A DNA stretch of 64,000 nucleotides from Candidatus Fervidifonticultor secundus (GTDB taxonomy: Bacteria > Sysuimicrobiota > Sysuimicrobiia > Sysuimicrobiales > Humicultoraceae), in NCBI GenBank assembly GCA_031459385.1, contig JAVKIP010000004.1:96001-160000 (forward strand), read 5' to 3'. The notes under the pieces are model-generated. The model had not been told where the DNA came from. It saw only the letters and a program-made list of their open reading frames with translations, and searched no databases. Within the stretch, counting starts at the first letter, position 1; the number at the start of each line of letters is the position of its first letter. A program made the translations under genes and the position numbers. This document shows positions 1-9,164 of the stretch, piece after piece.

Positions 1-1
1 C

Positions 2-373
2 GGCACCAAGATCGACAACCTGGTACAGATCGGGCACAACGTGACCATCGGGCCGGGCTGCCTCATCGTCGCCCAGGTCGGGATCTCGGGCAGCGTCACG
101 ATCGAGGCCGGCGCGGTGCTGGCCGGGCAGGCCGGCGTTGGCGACCACATCACCATCGGCGCGGGCGCGCGGGTGGGCGGCCAGGCGGGCGTGACGCGAA
201 ACGTGCCGCCTGGCGTCACGGTCTCCGGCTACCCGGCCCGCGAGCACCGCGAAGAACTGCGGCTGCAGGCCGCGCTGCGGCGGCTGCCGGGCCTGCTGGC
301 GCGCGTGGCCGCGCTCGAGGCACGCCTCGCGGCCGCGGATGACGGGCCCCCGAAGGGCCCGCGAGGACCGTGA
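2..373 (+). CDS. lpxD: UDP-3-O-acylglucosamine N-acyltransferase, 3' part (truncated by window start)
   Basis: [14 protein letters not shown] motif at 2-43, hexapeptide repeats, GQAGV..VSGYPA C-terminal signature; lpx operon context. Confidence 0.95.
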   Translation, partial: GTKIDNLVQIGHNVTIGPGCLIVAQVGISGSVTIEAGAVLAGQAGVGDHITIGAGARVGGQAGVTRNVPPGVTVSGYPAREHREELRLQAALRRLPGLLARVAALEARLAAADDGPPKGPRGP

Positions 374-2178
374 CCCCCGCGCGAGCATCCCTGCTGGTCG
401 CCGTGCTGGCCGCCACGGCGGCAGCGCCCCCTCCGGCGGTGCTGGCGGCCGGCCGGCCGTCGTGGCTGGCCGGGGAGGTCGTCGCCTGGCGGGCGTCGCC
501 CCGTGCGCAGGAGGCGGAGCTGCGGGTGCGGGGGATCGTCGTGGCCCGCCTCTACGGCCCTACGGCCTGGCCCCGCGCGGCCGCCGCGGCCCGCGCCCTG
601 CGCCGGCCGCTGTGGCCCTCGCCGGCTGTGGCGGTGCGGCCGTGGGGCCAATCCGCCGCGCTCGCGCTGGACGGCCGGGTCGTCCTCGTGGCTGGCGGGC
701 TGGACGCCCGCCAGGAGGGCACCGATGCCGTGACGCTGGCGTCGCGCTGGGCCGAGCGACTCCGGGAGGCGCTGGCGGTCCCCCCGCTGGCGGTGACGCC
801 ATCGAGTGTCGTGCTCTCGCCGGACGGTGTCGCCACGCTGCGGGTCGCCACGGCAACGCCGGGCCCGCTGTCGGTCGGGGAGGCGGATCGGCGGGTGGTG
901 GCGGTACGCCTGCTCCGCGGGGCGATCGAGCTCCGGGGCCGGGCCTTGGGCGCCACGGTGGTGCCGGTATACCTTGGACCCTACCAGGCGGCGGTGCCGG
1001 TGTCGGTCCGGCCGCCGGCCGGGCACATCCCCCCTGAGGTCGAGGTGGTCGTGACCGGCACGCCTGCGTCCGTGGCCGTCGTCCGCGAGGCGGTGGTGCG
1101 CCAGCTCGACGTCTCCGTGGCGCGCACGCCGGGCGCCGTGCTGCGCTGGTCGGCGATCCCGGTGGACGCGCCGCTGGCGGCGGGCGCCGCCGTCACGGTC
1201 CACGTGCCAGTCAGCGTCCGCAGCCCCTACGCCGGGCCGGTGGAGCGCCGCATGGCCGTTACCGTCCGCAACGAGCCGCTGGCGCTGCGCGATCCGGAGA
1301 TCCTGCTGGTCAGCAACCGCCCCGAAACGATCACCGGCAACGGCCTGCTCTTCGAGGAGACGCTGCAGCCCCGGCGGGGTGCGCGCCTGCTCTACCATCA
1401 CATGAACGGGTCTCCCGGGCAGGCCCGCATCCTGACCATCACCCTGATCAACCCCGGCGCGACCCGGGCTCGCGTGCACTATCTCAGCGGCCACGCCGGG
1501 CCGTCGCCCGACCCCTTGCAGGTGGGGTGGCTCGCGACCGGCCGGTTCCTGGCCGCGCTGGGCGTCGGGCAGGGCTATCTCGTGGAGGTGCCGGCGCGTG
1601 GCGCCACGACGTTCACCGCCTATGCCCTGCCGCCGCTGGCGCTGGTCTCCGGGCTGATGCAGTTCCAGGTGATCGACGGCGGGCCGGTCCACCTGCGCGT
1701 GGCCGTCCGGGTGCCGTGGCTGCTCGACCGCACGGTGACCGGCGACCTGGGCCCCTACGCGTTCCCGCACCCGCGGGGCACGTTCCCCGGGGCCACGGTG
1801 GACGTGGCGCGAGAGGTGACGCTCGACCAGCGGGCCGATGTGGCCGAGCTGGGCATCATGGCCGACCTCAAGGACCTGCGCACGGGCGAGGCGCTCGTCG
1901 GCGACTACGGCGTGCTCTACCGGCTACGGCTGCGCCTGCGCAACCCGACCCCCGGCGAGGTGACCGCGGCGCTGGTGGCGAATGCCGCGGGGGGCCCGGC
2001 CCGCGGCGTGTTCGTGATCGACGGCACCATGACAGACGTCGGCCTGCTGACACCCAACGAGGACCGCACGGTGGCAACGTTCGCCGTGCCCCCGGCCGGC
2101 GCGCGCGACGTGACCGTCGTGACCATGCCCGTGGCGGGGTCGTTCTATCCCGTCCGGCTCTCGGTGCGACCGCAATGA
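370..2178 (+). CDS. Conserved hypothetical exported protein (602 aa, beta-rich)
   Basis: N-terminal signal-like segment; GTGA overlap with lpxD stop and ATGA overlap with lpxC start; typical GC3-rich codon usage. Confidence 0.8.
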   Translation: MTPARASLLVAVLAATAAAPPPAVLAAGRPSWLAGEVVAWRASPRAQEAELRVRGIVVARLYGPTAWPRAAAAARALRRPLWPSPAVAVRPWGQSAALALDGRVVLVAGGLDARQEGTDAVTLASRWAERLREALAVPPLAVTPSSVVLSPDGVATLRVATATPGPLSVGEADRRVVAVRLLRGAIELRGRALGATVVPVYLGPYQAAVPVSVRPPAGHIPPEVEVVVTGTPASVAVVREAVVRQLDVSVARTPGAVLRWSAIPVDAPLAAGAAVTVHVPVSVRSPYAGPVERRMAVTVRNEPLALRDPEILLVSNRPETITGNGLLFEETLQPRRGARLLYHHMNGSPGQARILTITLINPGATRARVHYLSGHAGPSPDPLQVGWLATGRFLAALGVGQGYLVEVPARGATTFTAYALPPLALVSGLMQFQVIDGGPVHLRVAVRVPWLLDRTVTGDLGPYAFPHPRGTFPGATVDVAREVTLDQRADVAELGIMADLKDLRTGEALVGDYGVLYRLRLRLRNPTPGEVTAALVANAAGGPARGVFVIDGTMTDVGLLTPNEDRTVATFAVPPAGARDVTVVTMPVAGSFYPVRLSVRPQ

Positions 2179-3032
2179 CGGCCTCCGCGGCCCAGCGGAC
2201 GATCGCCCGCCCCGTGACCGTCACGGGCACCGGCCTGCACACCGGCGAGCCCGTCACTGCCCGCCTGCTGCCGGCGCCCGAACACCACGGCGTGACGTTC
2301 CGACGCGCCGACGTGCCGGGCGCGTCGGTGATCCCTGCGTGCCTGGGGGAAGTGGTGGCGACCGATCGCGGCGTCGTGCTCGGCCGCCGGGTGCCCGTGG
2401 CCACCGTGGAGCACCTGCTCTCGGCGGCGCGGGGGCTCGGCATCGACAACCTGGCGGTGGAGGTAGAGGGCGAGGAGCTGCCCTGCGGGGACGGGAGCGC
2501 GCAGATCTTCGTGGACGCGTTGGGGCGGGCCGGCACCGTCGCCCAGGCCGCTGCGCGGTCGCCGATCGCGCTCACCGCGCCGGTCTGGGTCGGCGGCGGC
2601 GCCAGCGTCATCGTGGCGCTGCCCGCGCCCCGGCTGCAGGTCACGTACATCGCCACCGCCAACGGGGTGGCTCTGGCGCCGCAGATGGCGGAGTTCGACG
2701 CCGACCGCGACGACTACGCCACGACCATCGCACCGGCGCGGACGTGGGGCCTGCTGGCCGAGGCCGAGCAACTGCGCGCCCGGGGCCTGGCGCGGGGCGC
2801 CTCCCTGGCCACGACGCTGGTGATCGGCGTGGAGGGCTTCATCAACGAGCCGCGGTTCCCGAACGAGATGGCCCGCCACAAGATCCTCGACGCGCTGGGC
2901 GACCTCTCGCTGCTGGGCCGGCCCCTCCACGCGCAGATCCTCGCCGTGCGCGCGGGCCACGGGTTGCACATTGCGCTGGCTCGAGCCATTGCCCGCCAGA
3001 CCGGCGCGGGCGACGGCAGTCAGGACACCTGA
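2175..3032 (+). CDS. lpxC: UDP-3-O-acyl-GlcNAc deacetylase
   Basis: QRTI..GTGLHTG N-terminus, TVEHLLSA, HKILDALGDL and AGH zinc/catalytic motifs. Confidence 0.95.
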   Translation: MTASAAQRTIARPVTVTGTGLHTGEPVTARLLPAPEHHGVTFRRADVPGASVIPACLGEVVATDRGVVLGRRVPVATVEHLLSAARGLGIDNLAVEVEGEELPCGDGSAQIFVDALGRAGTVAQAAARSPIALTAPVWVGGGASVIVALPAPRLQVTYIATANGVALAPQMAEFDADRDDYATTIAPARTWGLLAEAEQLRARGLARGASLATTLVIGVEGFINEPRFPNEMARHKILDALGDLSLLGRPLHAQILAVRAGHGLHIALARAIARQTGAGDGSQDT

Positions 3033-3033
3033 C

Positions 3034-3867
3034 GTGGCGGAGCCCGGCCGCGCAGCCCGCGGCCCCCGGATCCACCCCACGGCGGTCGTGCACCCGGACG
3101 CGTGGCTCGACGACGGCGTCGAGGTCGGACCGTACGCGGTGATCGGCGCCGACGTCACCGTGGGGGCCGGCACGAAGATCGGGCCGCACGTCGTGATCCA
3201 CGAGGGCGTGACGATCGGCCGCGACAACGTCTTCGCCGCGCACGTGGTGCTCGGCGGCCGGCCGCAGGACCGGGCCTGGCGCGGGGAACGTACCCGGATC
3301 GTGATCGGGGACGGCAACATCTTCAGCGAGTTCGCCAGCGTCGACCGGGCCACCGGCGAGGGACACGAGACGCGGATCGGCAACGGGACCTACATCATGT
3401 CCGGCGTGAAGATCAGCCATAACTGCCAGGTGGGCAACGGCGCGGTCATTGTGAGCGCGACGCAGCTCGGCGGCTGGGTGCGGGTGGAGGAGGATGCCTA
3501 CATCGGCGGCGTCTCCGGCGTGCACCAGTTCGTGCACGTGGGCCGCCTGGCCATGGTAGCGGGGATGACCGCCGTGCGTCAGGATGTGCCTCCCTACGTG
3601 ATGGTCGCGGGGCTGCGCACGCGGGCGATCGGCCTCAACGTGGTCGGCCTGCAGCGCCACGGCGTTCCGCCCTCGGACCGCATGGCGCTGCGGCGGGCGT
3701 TTCGCATCTTCTTCCAGGCAGGGCTCTCCATGGACGACGCCCTCGCGGCCCTGGAGCCCGAGGCCGCCGCGAGCCAGCCGGTCAGGCACTTTGTGGAGTT
3801 CATTCGCGCCGCTAGGGCGCGTAAGCGGGGGATCGTACGGTGGCACCCGGGCGAGACGGCATGGTAG
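3034..3867 (+). CDS. lpxA: Acyl-ACP--UDP-GlcNAc O-acyltransferase
   Basis: IHPTAVVH hexapeptide start, GGRPQD, VHQFVHVG, DVPPY, GLNVVGLQRHG. Confidence 0.95.
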   Translation: MAEPGRAARGPRIHPTAVVHPDAWLDDGVEVGPYAVIGADVTVGAGTKIGPHVVIHEGVTIGRDNVFAAHVVLGGRPQDRAWRGERTRIVIGDGNIFSEFASVDRATGEGHETRIGNGTYIMSGVKISHNCQVGNGAVIVSATQLGGWVRVEEDAYIGGVSGVHQFVHVGRLAMVAGMTAVRQDVPPYVMVAGLRTRAIGLNVVGLQRHGVPPSDRMALRRAFRIFFQAGLSMDDALAALEPEAAASQPVRHFVEFIRAARARKRGIVRWHPGETAW

Positions 3868-4679
3868 GTCTGCTGGCGGGCACGGGCGCGCTCCCCGAGG
3901 TGATCGCCGCGGCGGTGAAGGCGCGCGGCCTGCGCCTGGTGTGCGTGCAGGTTGGCGAAGAGTCCGCCACGCTCCCCGGCATCGCCGACCACTACCGGCG
4001 CTGCGCGCCCGGCGCGCTGCGCGAGGTGCTGGAGACCCTGCGGGCGCACGAGGTGCGCGAGGTGCTCGTGGCCGGGCGGTTCCTGCGCGCCAACCTGCTC
4101 GTCCGGGGCGACGAGCTGCACGACGCGGTCTTGCGGGGCCACCTGGACCACCGCGACGTGCCGCTCCTGGAGCGGCTGGCGGCGCTGCTGGCAGAGATGG
4201 GCATGGCGCTGGTGGAGCAGACGCGCTTCGTCGGTAACCTGCTGGCGCCGCCGGGCCTCCTGACCACCCGGCCGCCCACGCCCGAGGAGCTGTCGGACCT
4301 GGCCTTTGGCCGCGCCGTGGCCCGGCGGCTGGCCGACCTCGATGTCGGGCAGACGGTCGTCCTCCGCCGCGGCATCATACTGGCCGTTGAGGCGGCGGAG
4401 GGCACCGACGCCACCGTGCGCCGCGGCGGGGCCATGGCGCAGGAGGCGGTGGTGGTCAAGGCCAGCCGCAACCGCCAGGACCCGCGCTTCGACATCCCCG
4501 CGGTGGGTCCCGGGACCGTCGCCGCCATGTGCGAGGTCGGCGCGCGCGTCCTTGGCATCGACGCGCGGCGCACGCTGCTGCTGGAGCGGGAGCGCATGCT
4601 GGCCGACGCGGAGGCAGCAGGCATCACGATCCTGGCTGCCGACGTCCCTCCGCTGGGCACGCCGGTGCATGACGGGTAG
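3861..4679 (+). CDS. lpxI: UDP-2,3-diacylglucosamine diphosphatase
   Basis: GLLAGTGALP start, LDVGQTVV, AVEAAEGTDATVRR, QDPRFDIPAVGPGT. Confidence 0.92.
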   Translation: MVGLLAGTGALPEVIAAAVKARGLRLVCVQVGEESATLPGIADHYRRCAPGALREVLETLRAHEVREVLVAGRFLRANLLVRGDELHDAVLRGHLDHRDVPLLERLAALLAEMGMALVEQTRFVGNLLAPPGLLTTRPPTPEELSDLAFGRAVARRLADLDVGQTVVLRRGIILAVEAAEGTDATVRRGGAMAQEAVVVKASRNRQDPRFDIPAVGPGTVAAMCEVGARVLGIDARRTLLLERERMLADAEAAGITILAADVPPLGTPVHDG

Positions 4680-5820
4680 CGGTCCCCGGATCGTGCTGGT
4701 GGCCGGCGAGGTCTCCGGCGACCTGCAGGGGGCAGGCCTGGCGCGGGCGCTGCGGGCGCTGGAGCCGTCCGTGTGCCTGGAGGGCGTGGGCGGACACCGC
4801 ATGGCGGCGGCGGGCGTCCGGCTGGTCGCCGACAGCAGCGCGTGGGGGCTGGTCGGCTGGATGGAAGTCGCGCGCGAGCTGCCGGCATTCGCACGCCGGC
4901 TGCGGGAGCTGACGGCGTGGCTGCGCGCCCGGCCGCCCGACGTCCTGGTGCCCATCGACTTCCCGGGGTTCAATCTGGCGCTGCTCCAGCGCGTGCGTGG
5001 CCTCTGCCCGGTGGTGTACTACCTCCCGCCGATGGTGGCCATTCGCCGCGGCCGCCGCGCCGAGCGCGTGGCGCGCCTGGGCGCCCGACTGCTGCCGGTG
5101 TTCCCGTTCGAGGCCGAGGCGTACCGGCGCGCCGGTGCCGACGCGGTCTTCATCGGGCATCCGGCGGTCGACCAGCTGCAAGACGACGAGCCCGAGGACG
5201 CCGTGCGGCGGCGCCTGGGCCTGCCGGCCGGTGCGCCGGTGCTGGGGCTCCTGCCGGGCAGCCGCCACCAGGAACTGGCCCGGCTGCTCCGACCCATGAT
5301 CGCGGCGGCCGTCTACCTGCGTGAGCAGCGGCCCGACCTGGCGATCGTGCTGGCGCGCGCCGCGCCGGTCTTCGCGGCACAGCTCGAGGGCGCGCTGCAC
5401 GCGGCCGACCTCCCGGCCGTGGTCACCGACGGCGCGCGCGACGCGTTCGCCGTGAGCACCGTGCTCCTGATGGCGTCGGGCACGGCGACCGTGGAGGCGA
5501 TGCTCCGGGGCGTGCCGATGGTGGTGGCGTACCGGACCTCGTGGTCGACCCGCTGGCTGGCCCCGATCGTCTGGAACGTCCGCTGGCTGGCGATGCCGAA
5601 CATCCTGGCGCAGGAGCGCGTCGTGCCCGAGGTGCTGCAGCGCCACGTGACACCTGACCGGTTGCGCGCTGCCGTGGAGTCCCTGCTGGCCGATCCCGGG
5701 GCGCGGGCGCGCATGCGCCAGCGGCTGCTCGCCCTGGCCCGGGAGTTGGGGCCGCCCGGCGCCGTGAGCCGGGCAGCGGCGGAGGTGCTGGCGGCCAGCC
5801 GGCGCGGACCCGCGCGGTGA
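4669..5820 (+). CDS. lpxB: Lipid-A-disaccharide synthase
   Basis: VAGEVSGDLQGA, IDFPGFNL, FPFE..FIGHP, LLPGSR..E, ASGTATVE. Confidence 0.95.
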   Translation: MTGSGPRIVLVAGEVSGDLQGAGLARALRALEPSVCLEGVGGHRMAAAGVRLVADSSAWGLVGWMEVARELPAFARRLRELTAWLRARPPDVLVPIDFPGFNLALLQRVRGLCPVVYYLPPMVAIRRGRRAERVARLGARLLPVFPFEAEAYRRAGADAVFIGHPAVDQLQDDEPEDAVRRRLGLPAGAPVLGLLPGSRHQELARLLRPMIAAAVYLREQRPDLAIVLARAAPVFAAQLEGALHAADLPAVVTDGARDAFAVSTVLLMASGTATVEAMLRGVPMVVAYRTSWSTRWLAPIVWNVRWLAMPNILAQERVVPEVLQRHVTPDRLRAAVESLLADPGARARMRQRLLALARELGPPGAVSRAAAEVLAASRRGPAR

Positions 5821-5823
5821 ACC

Positions 5824-5853
5824 TTGCGGGGCGATTTCCCCGTCTAGTACCAT
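5824..5853 (+). promoter_or_regulatory. Putative sigma70 promoter for lptC-lptA-lptB-lptFG
   Basis: TTGCGG-N18-TACCAT in the short gap before lptC; AAGGAG RBS follows. Confidence 0.4.
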
Positions 5854-5877
5854 GAGGCGGACGTCGAAGGAGCGCGC

Positions 5878-6474
5878 ATGACGGCACGCAGATGGCGGCG
5901 GCTCCTGGCTGCGCTGGCAGTAGGGCCGCTGGCAGCAGCCGCGGTGCTCCACGCGCTGGCGGTGTCGTCCCGCCCGCTGGCTGCCACCTCCACCGCGCGG
6001 TCCGCGCCGACGGCGCCGCCGGCCAGGCCGCCTGCGGTGCCGCCGCTGGAGGTCCAGCAGACCGCCATCACCTCGGTCGACGCGCAGGGCGACCGGCAGT
6101 GGGAGCTGCGGGCGCAGACCGTCGTGGTGGACAACGCCGCCGGTGTAGCCGTGCTGACCGCGGTGCAGGGCACCTACTACAAGACTGGCGAGCCCGCGAT
6201 CACGTTCTCGGCGCCCCGCGGCCGCTTCGAGCTCGCCTCGCGCAACGTCACCCTGACCGGGGGCGTGCGCGCCCGCTCCACCTCGGGCCGGCGCGTCTCG
6301 GCAGACACCGTGCGATGGTTCCCGAAGACCCACGAGCTGGAGGCCACGGGACACGTCGTCCTGGAGCAGGGGGCCTGGACGATCCGCGCCGACTACCTGC
6401 GGGCCGACGTGACGCTACAGAAGACCACGCTGCGGGGCAACATCCGCGCGACCGTCACCGAGGGGGGCCGGTGA
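5878..6474 (+). CDS. lptC: LPS export periplasmic protein LptC
   Basis: N-terminal TM segment, WELRA and beta-jellyroll repeats; position before lptA/lptB. Confidence 0.8.
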   Translation: MTARRWRRLLAALAVGPLAAAAVLHALAVSSRPLAATSTARSAPTAPPARPPAVPPLEVQQTAITSVDAQGDRQWELRAQTVVVDNAAGVAVLTAVQGTYYKTGEPAITFSAPRGRFELASRNVTLTGGVRARSTSGRRVSADTVRWFPKTHELEATGHVVLEQGAWTIRADYLRADVTLQKTTLRGNIRATVTEGGR

Positions 6475-7313
6475 TGCGCGCCGCGCCCGGCTCGCAGCGC
6501 TGTGCCGGCCGTCGGAGCCCGCCCGCCGCCGTGGTGGCGGCACTGGTCCTGCTGGCCGCTGGGGGGGCGGCCGCGCAGGCGCCGGCGCGTGCCGGGCCGG
6601 TGGAACTCAGCGGCGCAACGCGCGTGGAGCTGGACGATGCCCGGGGCATCTGGCGGGCTGAGGGCGCGCCCGTAGAGCTCGTGCGGGACGGCGCGCGCCT
6701 GCGTGCGCCGCGGCTACGCTACGACGCGCGGGCAGGGGTGGTGGCGGCCGAGGGGGGTGTGGAGGTGGCGGCGCCGGGCGTCGAGGCGCGGGCCGAGCGC
6801 GCGGAGCTCCGGCTGGCGGACGAGTGGCTGCGGGCGAGCGGCGATGTCCGGCTGACGGCGACGCAGGGAGAGGTGCGGGTGCGGGCGCCCGAAGTGCAGG
6901 GCTCGCTGCGCACGCGGCGGTTTGTGGCCACCGGTGGGGTCGCGCTCGCGCGCGGGGAGGCCGTGCTCACCGGCCGGCGGGTGGACTACGACGACGGCGC
7001 GCGCACCGCGATCGCAACGGGCGAGCCTGAGCTGCGCCTGCGCGAGACACGCCTGCAGGCGCAGACGCTGGTGCTGCTGGTGGACCAGGAGCGCATCACC
7101 GGCGAGGGCGACGTGCGCGTGCGGCGGGGCGACCTGCTGGCCACGGCCCCCCGGGTGGATCTGCGGCTGCGCGAAGGCGCCGCGACCCTTGCGGGCGGCG
7201 CGCGAGCCCAGCGGGGAGGCGACGTGATCGTGGCCGAGGAGATCGTGGTGGCGCTGGACGGCTCGTCCATCGTCGCGCGCGGCTCGCCCCGCCTCACCGT
7301 CACGACACCGTAG
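6474..7313 (+). CDS. lptA: LptA/OstA family beta-jellyroll protein
   Basis: Signal peptide, repeated A.GGV/G.V jellyroll units; between lptC and lptB. Confidence 0.75.
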   Translation: MRAAPGSQRCAGRRSPPAAVVAALVLLAAGGAAAQAPARAGPVELSGATRVELDDARGIWRAEGAPVELVRDGARLRAPRLRYDARAGVVAAEGGVEVAAPGVEARAERAELRLADEWLRASGDVRLTATQGEVRVRAPEVQGSLRTRRFVATGGVALARGEAVLTGRRVDYDDGARTAIATGEPELRLRETRLQAQTLVLLVDQERITGEGDVRVRRGDLLATAPRVDLRLREGAATLAGGARAQRGGDVIVAEEIVVALDGSSIVARGSPRLTVTTP

Positions 7314-7322
7314 GGCGCCGCG

Positions 7323-8039
7323 ATGCTGGCGGCCCGGGGGCTCGTCAAGCGGTTCGGCCGGCGCACCGTGGTCGACGGGGTCGATCTTCAGGTCGAGCGC
7401 GGGGAGATCGTGGGGCTCCTGGGGCCCAACGGCGCCGGGAAGACCACCACGTTCTACATGATGGTTGGCCTGATCCGCCCGGACGCCGGCGAGGTGTGGC
7501 TCGACGATGTGCCCATCACGCTGTGGCCCGTGCACCTGCGTGCGCGCAAGGGCATCGGCTACCTGAGCCAGGAGCCGTCGATCTTCCGCGGCCTGACCGT
7601 CGAAGAGAACATCCGGGTGGTCCTGGAGATGAACGGGGTGCTCCCCGACGAGCATGCCGAGATCGTCGCGGCGCTGCTGGAGGAGTTCGACCTGGTGCAC
7701 CTGCGCCACCAGGCGGGCGGCACCCTGTCTGGCGGCGAGCGGCGCCGCGTGGAGATCGCCCGGGTGCTGGCCATGCACCCGTCGTTCATCCTGCTGGACG
7801 AGCCGTTCACGGGCGTGGATCCCAAGTCGGTGGCCGAGATCCAGGAGATCGTGGTGCGGCTGCGGGAGCGGGGGCTTGGCGTCGTTATCACCGACCACAA
7901 CGTCCGCGACACTCTGGCCATCACCGACCGGTCGGAGATCATGCACGAGGGACGCATCTTGTTCGCCGGGACCGCGGAGGAGATCATGGCCAGCGAGGCC
8001 GCACGCCGGTTCTACCTGGGCGAGCGCTTCCGGCTCTAG
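7323..8039 (+). CDS. lptB: LPS export ABC transporter ATPase
   Basis: GLLGPNGAGKTTTFYM, LSGGERRRVEIAR, LLDEPFTGVDP, ITDHNVR, YLGERFRL. Confidence 0.97.
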   Translation: MLAARGLVKRFGRRTVVDGVDLQVERGEIVGLLGPNGAGKTTTFYMMVGLIRPDAGEVWLDDVPITLWPVHLRARKGIGYLSQEPSIFRGLTVEENIRVVLEMNGVLPDEHAEIVAALLEEFDLVHLRHQAGGTLSGGERRRVEIARVLAMHPSFILLDEPFTGVDPKSVAEIQEIVVRLRERGLGVVITDHNVRDTLAITDRSEIMHEGRILFAGTAEEIMASEAARRFYLGERFRL

Positions 8040-8044
8040 CGGCC

Positions 8045-9118
8045 ATGCGGCGGCTGGACCGGTACATCCTCCGTGAGGTTGGCGGGGTCTTCGTCTTCGG
8101 CATCGGCCTGTTCACGACCCTGCTGGCCCTGAACCACATCTTCTTCCTGGCCCGGGTGACCGCCGACGCGGGCGCCCCATGGCGCGCCATGTTCACGCTG
8201 CTGGTGCTGCGCCTGCCCTACTTCGTCAGCTACAGCCTCCCCATGGCCATGCTGCTGGCGACGCTGCTCGCCTTCGGCCGGCTCTCGGACAGGAACGAGA
8301 TCACGGCCATGCGCACCAGCGGCTGGAGCCTGGGGCGCGTGGCGCTCCCGGTGCTGGTGGCCGCCGGGGTCATCGCGGGCGTCGCGCTGGGTGCCAACGA
8401 GTGGGTGGTGCCAGTCAGCGAGAGCCGCTACCGCGCCGTGCTGGCCGAGGTCGTGCGGGCCCCGCGGCGGCAGGTCCAGGAGCACGTGGTGGTCCGCGAG
8501 CCCATCGACGGCCTCGAGTCGCTGGTCTATGCCCGTGAGCTGCACCCGGCCGACGGGGCGATGCGCCAGGTCGTGATCGTCCAGTTGGTCGACGCGCGGC
8601 CAGCGCGCGTGATCGAAGCCGAGGAAGCCCGCTACGACCCGCAGGAGGGCTGGACGCTGCGCCGCGGCGTTGTCCACCTGTTCGCCGCCGACGGCGCCAT
8701 TGCCACCCGCTTCGTCGCCCTGCGCGTGCGGCTGGCGCGCACGCCGCCGCAGATCGCCGCGGCCCGCCGCGACCCCGCCGAGATGACGATCCGCGAGCTG
8801 CGCGACCAGATCGCCCGCCTGCGCGCGACCGGCGAGAACGTCGCCCGCTATGCGGTGAACCTGCATGCGAAGGTCGCCCTGCCCCTGTCCGCCGCGATCT
8901 TCGCCCTGCTGGCGGTGCCGCTGGGGCTGCGGCCGCACCGGTCGGGTCGCTCGGTGGGCCTGGGGCTGACGATCCTGATCCTGCTCGTCTACTACTTTGC
9001 CCTGTCCATGACCATCACCCTGGGCGAGCGCGGGCGCCTCCAGGCGTTCTGGGCGGCATGGACCCCCAACCTGATCGTGGCCGCCGCTGGCGTGCTGCTC
9101 CTGTGGCGGGCGCGCTGA
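8045..9118 (+). CDS. LptF/LptG family permease
   Basis: MRRLDRYILRE start, LSDRNEITAMRTSG, AAWTPN C-terminal motif; 3+3 TM layout. Confidence 0.92.
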   Translation: MRRLDRYILREVGGVFVFGIGLFTTLLALNHIFFLARVTADAGAPWRAMFTLLVLRLPYFVSYSLPMAMLLATLLAFGRLSDRNEITAMRTSGWSLGRVALPVLVAAGVIAGVALGANEWVVPVSESRYRAVLAEVVRAPRRQVQEHVVVREPIDGLESLVYARELHPADGAMRQVVIVQLVDARPARVIEAEEARYDPQEGWTLRRGVVHLFAADGAIATRFVALRVRLARTPPQIAAARRDPAEMTIRELRDQIARLRATGENVARYAVNLHAKVALPLSAAIFALLAVPLGLRPHRSGRSVGLGLTILILLVYYFALSMTITLGERGRLQAFWAAWTPNLIVAAAGVLLLWRAR

Positions 9119-9164
9119 GCGGCCCCGCGGGGGCATCCCCGCGGGCGGCGGGGGCCTGCGGCCG

